Shown here in pieces: positions 23,582 to 33,577 of a stretch of 48,162 bases of DNA. The stretch's first letter is position 1; each line of letters begins with the position of its first letter. Location: the NCBI GenBank assembly GCA_010405405.1, contig MU004241.1, positions 744,001 to 792,162 of the forward strand. Direction: 5' to 3'. The position numbers and the translations under genes were made by a program. The DNA comes from Microthyrium microscopicum. Its lineage: Eukaryota. A model generated the notes under the pieces. That model was not told where the DNA came from. It did not search any database and saw only the letters and a list, made by a program, of their open reading frames with translations.

Positions 23582-25140
23582 CTAAATCAATGATATATCC
23601 TCGACTGGAAACAGTTCGCTTTCAAATGCTTCCCCTAGCATTATTCCATGAACATAGCATTCGCCCACTAGGAAAAACTCCTTCTTATCAGATTCCACTC
23701 GGCGAAGAAGGAAGGGTACATTGCAGCCATGAAGAATTGCTATCTTATCGCCCGGTTTGGCTGATAAAGGAAACAGCCTGGCGTATTTGTAAAGTGTGAC
23801 TCCAAAGAGATGCTTATTGAAGGTATAGCTAAGACTTTGCACATACTCGGCACAATGCATAGGCCCTGTGGACGTGGGATCGCCGTTGCCGATGATAGAT
23901 AGTGATAGCGTTGACAAAGATCGCAATATTTCTTGCTTCCAGCCTCGCCACCCCCAGACGTATAGCCAAACAGCAATTGTGGACACGCTGGCAAATAAGG
24001 GAGCAAATTTAAATCCGAGAACAAGAACAAATGTTGTCGAACATGTTGGTAGGTCGCATGTCGCGAAGATGACCGTGACAATGAGTAGGTCTATCCAAAG
24101 CGGAAGCTTGATGATCAATAGGATGATCACAAGAAAGATTGAAGCGCGAAATCGCATATCAAGAGAGTACGCTTGGGGTCCTAGTTTTTTCAGCATTTTG
24201 TACTGTTAGACATAGCCTTTTGGAGCATTTCCGTCGCTTCTTGGGTCGTTCAGAATAAGCGTACGCCATATCACTTCTTCACCTCGCTACACCCGAATTC
24301 TTTCTGATATAGTTGACTACGGAACTTCCCAACGTATGTTTTGCTGATAATTTAACCGCTGCTATCCTTACTCGAGAACCTACGACAAGCTATCAGATTG
24401 CTTGGCAAGGCTGAGAAGATGACGAACAAGGCTGAAACAATAGGCGAGGAGGATATTTGAATACCATAATGCAGATATCCACCAAGCGGAAGGAGATCCT
24501 GATTTCTAATATGGTTTCTGGAGATAAGACTGCCTTCAAAAGGTGACTTTATTTCCTTCGGGTGTTTTCGCTCTTTGGTGTGTTCGCTTCATGTTTCTCG
24601 AATAGCGTGGAACAAACCCCTTGCTGTTTTTGAATCTTGGTCTGCTTCGGACGTCAAAACATTGATCTTATCAGCAACCTTACTTGCAGGTATATCCCGA
24701 TACAATGGCTATATTTGTCTTCGTCTGACACAATCAACCTTACCCTTCTCTTCGTGGACAAAATAAGTGAGCCGTTTCGATAACTACTTCCATCCATTGC
24801 GATGGCTGCCATAACACTTCTTGAAGAGTGATTGCTTTAATCCCATCAGCGTCGTAAGATTATATTAATTCATCCTATACGATAGTAATCAAAGTAGTCA
24901 CTTTTTAGGAAGTGTTATGCCAACCATCGCAATCGATGGGAGTAGTGGTCGAAACGGCTCACTTATTTTGTCTCTCGAGAGCCCTTCTAGAGATCTTTGG
25001 AGTGGATTCTGCATGAGCATTTAATCTTCTCTGTGCATCTATAACTGCATCCCTGTGGATCATGTTTCCCTGGTCTACTCAAAAGTATTATTGAAGATAA
25101 GAATAGTTCGTTGATCCCATCAAGGTAGAAACAACAGCCT
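23582..25140 (-). pseudogene. HET-6-like heterokaryon-incompatibility gene relic (5' boundary approximate)
   Basis: C-terminal HET-6-type motif GDKIAILHGCNVPFLLR...FLVGECYVHGIMLGEA. The upstream in-frame EEVIWRTLILND motif (~24255-24283) is cut off by TAA at 24206-24208. The 5' part is degraded and overlaps MITE 3. Confidence 0.7.
24748..24981. mobile_element. MITE copy 3 (related subfamily): ~233 bp, 82-bp imperfect inverted arms, 5-7 bp flanking direct repeat CCCTT(CT)
   Basis: 24757-24838 inverted vs 24891-24972. Arms begin GACAAAATAA and contain TACTYCCATC-n6-GATGG as in copies 1 and 2. CCCTTCT at 24743-24749 and 24982-24988. Confidence 0.82.
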
Positions 25141-25430
25141 CTGTGGAGCTCGGGTTTCTGCCGGGCCAAAGACTGATGGCATAACGAAACATGGTTGTAT
25201 CATACACTTGGGCCACTCTTGCGGACCTCAGAGGCAGAAGGATGTCGGCATTTGTGGGAGTAAATGCTACAAAACATGTTCCCTACCCAGCTTGTACTCT
25301 GCTAGATAGATGATATCTCGAATTCGTTATTCCTCGTTGTTTCCTGTGGCCATTTGGACGCGTGATTGTGTTTAGCAGACGTTCTACATTCCTCATCGTC
25401 GCCTGTCGTCTTGAGCAAAGATCCACCACG

Positions 25431-27251
25431 ATGCCTCTCGGAATATGGGAAGACAAATACATGGCTATGCCTCCAGGCACGGTCGAATTAGACGCAAAAT
25501 TTAGCAGTGAGTGTATCGGACTTAATGCCTGAAGTTGTTGTTAAGTGCAATACAGAAAACCAGTCGATAGCTGGGTCAGACAGCAGATTAAAGAAGCGTG
25601 GCGATATCATCCTAGTGCCTCAGCCTTCTGACGATCCAAATGATCCCCTGAACTGGTCGGAACTATGGAAGAACTCAGTTTTGATGATACTGAGCATTTC
25701 AGTAGCAGTGGTCATTGCGTAGGTGGACAGTTCCTGGTGGTGCACGAGCTAATGGTCTGTGATAGTCTTGGTCCAATGGTAACTCCTGGTCTTCCAACAG
25801 TGGCTAAGCAGTATGGCGTTTCTATGGACGAAGTCTCAGAGGATCTGCTGGGAGCAATGCAGTTTGCTGCGGGTGGAGCTTTGGTATTTGTAGCTGCTTT
25901 TGCCACGATATACGGCAAAAGAGCGTTCTTCGTGACTTCAGTATTTCTGCTTATTGGAACTTGCGTTTGGGGATTCTTTGCCAAAGTAAGTTATGGAAGC
26001 CAAAGAGGTCTAGAGGGGTTTGCTGATAGCCCACAGAGCCTTAAGTCGTTGTTGGTTATGAGAATTATCCAAGGTATGTCCACGGCACCAATCGAGGCAC
26101 TTGTTACACCAACAGTTGCGGACTTGTTCTTCGTTCACCAGCGTGGAAGTCGGCTTGCGTTGTGGCATATGATGGTCTCTGCAGGCGCTGGTCTTGGACA
26201 TGTCCTCTCAGGGTTCATTATTCAGTACCTAGGATTTCACTGGACCTTTGGAATGAGCGCCATCTGTTTCGGAGTGATAGCACCTTTCTTCATCTTTGTT
26301 GTATCGGAAACAACATATATCCGACCAAAGTCGGCATACGAAAGTGAGGGTGGTCTAAACTCTGAGACACCAAAAGAACTCAAGCAACGCGACAGCTTCG
26401 TATCGCAATCATCAGAGAAGACAGTGACGGAGAAAGAAAATTATCAGGTTGAGAAGATCGAGTACACCGAGACGACGGAAGAAGTGCCGCCGCCAAAGAG
26501 GTCATACGTCCAAAGCTTGAGTCTATACAACGGCAAGTTTTCCAACGAACCATTCTTGAAGCTCTTGGTAAAGCCAGCTCCACTGCTTCTATTCCCAGCT
26601 GTTATATTTTCCACGGTTGTCAATGGCTTCCACCTGGCTGGCCTGATCGCCATGGGACTTCTTAGTGTCACCATCCTCAAAGACGAACCATATAATCTCC
26701 AGCCAGCTGCTCTTGGCATGGTCAGCATTCCCAACCTTGTGGTTGGGCTTATTTTCGCGCCTATCGCAGGATATCTCTGTGACTGGCTAGCCCAATTCCT
26801 GGCTCGTCGCAACAACGGCATCTTTGAGCCAGAGTACAGACTATTGCTCATGATCATTGCGGTGCCAATTTCAACAGTCTCCTTCATTGGCTACGGTCTC
26901 GCCGTTGAACGAAAAGCTTCCATTGCCTGGATCTTGTTCTACTCTTCTCTGCAGGCAGTTGCGACGCCATTTGCTTCCCAAGCTGCACTCACATACGTGC
27001 TAGACTGTCATCCACGAGATAGCAATCCGGCGTTTGTGGCAATCAATTTTTTCAAGACGATATTTATCTTCGTCATCACAAGCAAAGCAAGTGGCTGGCT
27101 TGAGCATTTTGGACCTCGCAACCTGTTCAATGCGTTGGCGGCCATCAATCTCGTTGTTAGCTGCTTTACTGTGCCAGGATACGTCTTCGGTAAACGGTTC
27201 CGGTCATATTTGGCAAGAAGCAAGCTCGCTCAGAAGATCGCAACGGAATAG
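25431..27251 (+). CDS. MFS transporter (HOL1-like / DHA1-related); exons 25431-25506, 25556-25718, 25766-25985, 26037-27251
   Basis: MPLGIWEDKYMAMPPGTVEL start, ILVPQPSDDPNDPLNW, YGKR, ADLFFVHQRG, RRNNGIFEPEYRL; three GT-AG introns of 49, 47 and 51 nt. Confidence 0.9.
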
Positions 27252-27356
27252 CTGGTTGTCGAGTGTTTGAATTGAAGTCTGTGAGGAGCACGATTTGCGT
27301 TTTTGTAAGAATAATGATAGATATTGGCGGATCGCGTTTATGTATATTATTTTAGA

Positions 27357-28559
27357 TCAATATAGATATTTTTGATGGCGTACAGCAAATACATCGGGTT
27401 GTACCTTGCCGAAATCCCTTCTGATGATTTCTTTCAGAGCATTTTTGTATGCTTCATGACCTTGTCCATTGGGATGCATTACACGTTGAAGTTCGCCTAG
27501 TTCGCCTAGACCACCGCAGTTGCGACAAAATTGCCATGCGCGAGACTGCTGACGACCATCGTTGTCGTTGGCGTAGTGAACAAAGCTGTACTCAAGGGGG
27601 ATGCAATCGGGCCAAGTAAGACCGTATAGCCAGCTGTTATCCATTTGTGCCTCGAAAGTGCTAGCCTCAGTAGGCTCGCAGAATCTATGTCCGGCAAACA
27701 CATGATTGAGATCGATGTATTGAACCTTTGGGCTGTACAGAACATGATTGATTAGATTGTCGTAAACTTTTCGTCCATGGTCCAGAACATTGTTTATGGC
27801 GTGACGCAACTCGGTTGTCAAAAGAGGCTTTTTGCCTGGCCAAATACCAAATGTCCAGTCGTTACAGGCTGGATCATCATGATTGAATAACCCAGAATAG
27901 CTCAAAACGTATAAGCGGAAGTTGGGGTTCAGCCACATCCGTCGTTCGTTCTGTATGGCATTCAAGGTTTTGAATAGCTCCAAGTGAAACCAAGTAGACT
28001 CAAGCTTCGTGCGGACCCTCTCCAACGTTTTCCAACATTCACCGTCTGGGTCCGGATACTCAGGTCCATAATCGCGGTCGCGGTCGGGCAAGAAGATGCA
28101 GTCTGCCAGTATTTCAGCGAATCCTGCGGGATTGCCTCCGATCATCAGCGTTGCAAAATCAGGGACAATGGTTGGATCGAGGGCTTGTAATTGATGTGGA
28201 ACATCCTCGAATTGTGCTCCATGGCATGCCAGGAAGGTTAACTCCAAGTCACGACCTCCAATATAGCTTCTATCAGGGTCATCCAGTAGCTGCGCTGGAT
28301 ATGCTTCTCGCATTCGCCGGCATTGACAGACCTTCTGGTCGTCTGGAAAGTCGAATTCGGTGTTTTCGCTTGGTGGACCCCAATTCACTCCTGAAGCCCA
28401 GGAATCCCCAAAAGCAACATATCTAAGCCGTCTTCCGGAATCCAGGCTTGTGTCGCTCTTGAATGGGTACTGAACCCGGATACGATCACAAAGTATGGTT
28501 GGAATACTCGTAAACAGCTGCCATGTTGCTAAGAATATAAAACCAGTATAGAAGAGCAT
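27357..28559 (-). CDS. secreted SGNH/GDSL hydrolase (SEST-like lipase/esterase)
   Basis: N-terminal hydrophobic segment; YVAFGDSWASG (block I), ACHGA, MIGGN, FAGHRFCE, MHPNGQGH. Confidence 0.88.
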   Translation of the reverse strand: MLFYTGFIFLATWQLFTSIPTILCDRIRVQYPFKSDTSLDSGRRLRYVAFGDSWASGVNWGPPSENTEFDFPDDQKVCQCRRMREAYPAQLLDDPDRSYIGGRDLELTFLACHGAQFEDVPHQLQALDPTIVPDFATLMIGGNPAGFAEILADCIFLPDRDRDYGPEYPDPDGECWKTLERVRTKLESTWFHLELFKTLNAIQNERRMWLNPNFRLYVLSYSGLFNHDDPACNDWTFGIWPGKKPLLTTELRHAINNVLDHGRKVYDNLINHVLYSPKVQYIDLNHVFAGHRFCEPTEASTFEAQMDNSWLYGLTWPDCIPLEYSFVHYANDNDGRQQSRAWQFCRNCGGLGELGELQRVMHPNGQGHEAYKNALKEIIRRDFGKVQPDVFAVRHQKYLY

Positions 28560-29302
28560 TGCAGGCCCTATTGAATGACTACACCTTTGCTACAATGTAT
28601 TGGGACGCGAACTGTACTGGTAAAGGTCGTAAGACAAGATGTATGGTTGCCTGGAGGTCACTCAGTAGCCGCATGCTTCGCCGCACAGTCTTGTTTGAGA
28701 TCAGGGGACGGAAGGATTCCTCCAGCTTGATTCGGCTGGATCTGAGCGCTAAGAGCATCTAGTATATTCTTTTGGTGTACTGCTATCAGGAATTATTCAA
28801 AGTGAGATGGGCTTGACGCGTCGAATTGGAATATATTTCTCAAAGCCATGTACGTCGAGTCAATTTCGTGTTGAACGCGATCCACTGCAGCAGCTGTGGT
28901 CGTAAAAGCTGTCATGACTTTCAACACCCTGTCAGTAGAGTGTTTCTCTGGATAAAATAGGGAAGACACAAGTTTGACAGCAAATTAGAAAACATGGGCA
29001 TTAGCGAAGAATCAAGAGGAATATGAAGGTTAGAAACCTAGAAAAGCCATACATGAATGACTGACCAATCAGGAGCTCCCATACTTCAAGCTTCAGAATA
29101 TCTTCAACGTCACGATATTTTCCACCCAGCTCGACAGCAACCAAACACCAATGTGTCCCCACTAAATCCAATTGAGCGCCACCATCAAAGAGACTCAACC
29201 TGCGGTGACTCCAGCAACTCCAGCAAGCCAAAAGGACCACTACGGCAACCAAAACATACCATATTCACTACATAAAGCACTCGCGTGCCCAAAACCACCA
29301 CA

Positions 29303-29887
29303 ATGCCATCACCACCCCCCTCCTCCTTCGACCCCGACTACATCCCCGAAACACCCACCCGCCGGCTCTTCCGCCGCATGCGCGAAGAGCCACTCATCCC
29401 CCTCGGCCTCGTCCTCACCGTCTCCGCCCTCATCGGCGCCGGCCGCGCACTCCGTGCCAACGATCATCAGCGCGCAAACATCATGTTCAGACGACGGGTA
29501 TACGCACAAGGATTCACGCTTCTCTGTGTGTGTGCAGGAGGCCTATACTGGAGCAAGGATAGAGAACGGAGACAGCAGTTTGATCGGCTGGAGAGGGAAA
29601 GGGTGGCGGCGGATAAGCGGGAAAGGTGGTTGGCGGAGTTGCAGGCGAGAGATGATGAAGAGAAGAAGGCGAAGGGGAGGGTGGGGTTGTTGAAGGAGAA
29701 GAGACGGCAGAGGGAGGAGGTTATTCGGGAGAAGATTCGGGAGGAGGAGAGGGTGGAGAGGGAGAGGGCTGTGGAGAGGGAGTTGAATGGGGATATTGGG
29801 AGTAGGGAACCTAGAAAAGGGGAGGATGGGTATGAGAATTTTGTGCAGAAGGCGGCGAAGTTGGTGTGGACTGGTGGGGATAAGTAG
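29303..29887 (+). CDS. RCF1: respiratory supercomplex factor 1 (HIG1 domain)
   Basis: PSSFD...RRMREEPLIPLG...MFRRRVYAQGFT...KRERWLAELQARDDEEK, typical of fungal Rcf1; intronless. Confidence 0.9.
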   Translation: MPSPPPSSFDPDYIPETPTRRLFRRMREEPLIPLGLVLTVSALIGAGRALRANDHQRANIMFRRRVYAQGFTLLCVCAGGLYWSKDRERRQQFDRLERERVAADKRERWLAELQARDDEEKKAKGRVGLLKEKRRQREEVIREKIREEERVERERAVERELNGDIGSREPRKGEDGYENFVQKAAKLVWTGGDK

Positions 29888-30136
29888 AGATGAAGAGATG
29901 TCATATGGCGAGTGCTGTGTTTGAGTATATAGTAGAAGGATACCATAATATACATATCTCTGCTGCATGCATGGCTTGATCTACTTGTGAGAAGCAGAGA
30001 CGCTAGAGTGGATCTCTGAAGCTGAGTACCACGATAGTTCAGCAGAACGCAAGAAAGTAACAAAGTCTCAGGTTCATATTTCGTCATTCATTGTGTTCAT
30101 TAATCCCTCGAACATAATTTCGTCACACTATACCAC

Positions 30137-32577
30137 TCATAAGCCCTTCTGGCTATTCACTCCACTATTAACATTCCCCACAAACAACGAATTAAGCGCC
30201 TCAGGATCCCAATTCCCAGCCCCATTACTCTCAAACGCCATATCACTCCCAAAGCCCAAATACTGCCACATCAACATATCATCATTCGTTGGTCCCGCCG
30301 CCCACGAGAAGCTGTCCAATGCCAACGCCGGATCCAAGTCCAAGGACCCAGGCGAACCATTTGAGAATGCGCTAGGCAAAGATTGCGACAGCGAATTTGG
30401 TGACATCCCAAGCCCTGTCAGATCTGCCATATTGGACGCTGAAAATCCATCGGCGGATGCAAGCATATCTGATTTTAGCTGTGATTCTGGCGAGGAAGTG
30501 TAGACGGAGTTGGTGCGATTGTCGTAGGTTGCGCTCCACATTACTGTTGCGTCGATGCCGAGAACTTTCCAGACTTTGCGTCGTAGTGCTTCTAGGCGGG
30601 CCCAGGCTACTCGTGCGCCGTTTGAGAAACGGCGGTTGGAAGCGCCTAGGCCGCTGGAGGAATTGCGGCCGAAGACTCGACCATTTGGTCCAAGACATTG
30701 GAATATTGGCTCGAGAGCTAATCTGCTTTGCGGCACTTCTGGTGCATCTGGTCGTCGCAGCATGTCGACGAGCAACATACACACTTGATTGAGTGGCTGG
30801 TAGCTGCCTGGATAAAGCCAATGGAACGGCTTGAAGGAGACGTTATTGATCATCTTCGCAAATGTACGTAAATAGGACTGGAAGTAGGGAATCGCTTCGG
30901 CCCTGAGTTGAGACCAGAGATCGTGGTTATGTATCATAGGGATGTACAACAGTCCATACGCGCGATCAACTTGCATGCGGAGCAGGTCAATGGCCCAGGA
31001 GAGGAAGGCGTTGTCGTTGGCAGCGAATGGGAGTGGGACGGGATTGCCGTTGATCATGGCGTTTGTATTCCAGGAATCCGCGGAGGAGAGGTCGGAGAGC
31101 AAATGGATACGTTCTTCGATGCGGTCTTTCAGGTCATTTAGGCGTTTCTTGGCTTCTTCTATCTCCTCCATGTCGTAGCTGTGCGGTGAAAGGTGTAAAT
31201 TCAGCACTTCACGTATACAGGAGGACACCTCGTAGCGGCCAGTGGCCAGCACGTAGCCCGGGTAGAGACGGTCGCGGTCGTCTATGGCGGCTGCTAGTTG
31301 GGGCTGGCCGATGAGTTCGTCGCGTAGCTCACTAATGTAGCCGGTGGTAGTTATGGCTGTATTCAGGGACATTGGTAGACCGGAGACGACTGAGGTCATG
31401 ACGTCCAGATGCATGAGATATCGCCAGGTGCGTCGTCGTTCTTCACATTGAATTGGACTGAGGCCAAAGTCTGCTGGGTCACGGTGGAGGCCCATGGCTT
31501 GAGCTATTCTCAGTGCGATTGCGACGAAGGAGCAAGAGCTTAGAGACTCTTCTTCTTTAATTTGGAAGGACTGGAGAAGTAGAAAAGCTTCGAGTGAAGC
31601 CATTGATGGATTCTGTGGAAAGCCTACCATACTCAGGGCCTTCGTCGTTAGAGCGCATAGCTTCTTATCCAGTGATGGGCCATGAGAGGCCGGTGGTGAC
31701 TCGATGACCAGATCTTGTCCAGCAACCAGTCCAGTCCATAAAACAGCAAATAGTAGCGGAAGAAAACTTGGTATTTCAGCAAGGATTCCAGTTGGACTGC
31801 TTATGCCATTCCAGCTCTGATACCATTCCCAGAATCGTCGATACTGGTTGTCGAATGTTGGTGTATGCACAAGTGCTATAAGAGGATGAACATGGCAAAC
31901 AAAACTTCGATACAAATCATCGCAAGTGCTTTGAGCTGGGAGATGGCTCAAAATCATACGAAGATGTCGGCAATCGTTCTTTGCACGCGCCACTGGTTGA
32001 GTAGAAAAGAATGGTAGAGGTGATTGTCCTGATGGTGTGTCGTCGATGTACTCCTCGTTTTCGACTTCCGTTTCTACTGGTACTAACGGAAGCTCAAAGA
32101 TCAGTGAGTCCAGATCAAGTGCCTATACCATGAATCAGCCTTTAGTTGGAGCTGACAATCAGCGATTTACCTCAGGGTCAATGGTCGCCCAAAATGTATT
32201 CTCAATGAAACGAGATCTGCCACCACTTTGCAATGATAGGTAGCCACCTTTTGCGTGCGATGCGTCGCGAACCATTTTGCCCGTTCTGCGACGGCTGGAT
32301 TTATGCTCCGAGTCTTCTGATGCATGATCTTTCCGTTTCAGTGGTGTTGGATATACGCATGCTGAGCCAGTTTTTGAGCATGCGCTGCAGGTTGGATGCA
32401 CCTTCAATCGTATAAGTCGTTTGTCTTGTTACTAGGGGATGAGCTTACTCGATCACAACCTACGCGCCTCCGACGGCACTGTTCGCAGCTATATGATGGT
32501 CTTGTCCTACGGATACCGGTAGTAGTGCCTCGACGCGAAGATGCTCCGGAGTCGGATGGGGGAGATGTAGTTGACAT
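30137..32577 (-). CDS. Zn2Cys6 + fungal-specific TF domain transcription factor; exons 32577-32449, 32401-32171, 32122-30137
   Basis: SCEQCRRRRVGCDR|VHPTCSACSKTGSACVY; VHPLIALVHTPTF; IAQAMGLHRDP...EERRRTW. Introns 32402-32448 and 32123-32170. Confidence 0.92.
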
Positions 32578-33577
32578 GATGAAGCCTAATAGCAAATGGA
32601 GGTTTGGTGTATATGGAGAGATAGGTCGAGTATGCTAACATTCATACACCGAAACGAGGTAGGCGATCATTTGAGATTTATAGTCAACACCTCCCAAGAT
32701 ATAGCTGTACCTGGTAAGTGTTGCTGCACTAGTGCTTGGTATGCGGCTCTTGCTCGGACCAAGCTGCAGGGTCAAAAACAAGATATGAAGAACAAAATTA
32801 GATCGAGATGCCAATCTGATGGTGTTTTAGTCGTTGCAACAACTAACCCCTGCTTGTATTTGGGCGGAAGCAACCAAGATGAGAGAAGAGAGGAAGCTTT
32901 GGAAAGCGATGAGTCAAATCATACACCAACGAGCAGTCTTCACACTCAGCTACTACCCTCAATTCAGCCAATTATGAGCTCCTGGAGCATGTAGTGCAGC
33001 ATGACAGAGCGTCACGTAAGCAAACCTACTCCCGACAGAGTATAGTAATATGTCGGATGTTGAGGCCGTCGGTTAATCAGATGAAGACGAATATCAGGGT
33101 CTTTAGCGCGGAACGTGGAAGCATGGGAGCATAGCGCTAAGCCTGGTTCGGAGTAAGCTAGCCGAAAAACATATGGAAAACCTTTGAAAACGTCATTTTG
33201 GGCGTTCAACCCCGCATCAAACTCGGAGCGCTTCTGAGTACCTTTATGCGCCAGTACTTGCTGGATGTATAACAATTTATCACTTTTGTCGCACGAAAAG
33301 TTCATTTTTGCAGAAGTTCTTGGCCATGGGAAGATTATGCGATCTGATAGGCAAGAAAACAATACAACTAATCTAGCTGCTTTCTAAGCTTGCGACACAG
33401 GCTATACATAATCCTAATTACATTGCGCACTCGCAGAAGTGTACATAAAATGATGATCCTTCCTCGGCGATGTCAAATTATCAGTAAACAGAAGTGACAG
33501 TACTCGAAGTCAATGGGTCACAGAAAGAAACCTATGGTGATACGTATACATTATTCAACTATCTATACTTCATCATG

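Noticed and set aside
29172..30087. alternative-frame and antisense ORFs over RCF1
   Set aside because: Shadow ORFs caused by C/G skew; RCF1 explains the region.
32596..33362. ORFs 32596-32994 and 33012-33362
   Set aside because: Lie in the TF promoter / RBA50 3' region, with no recognisable domains.
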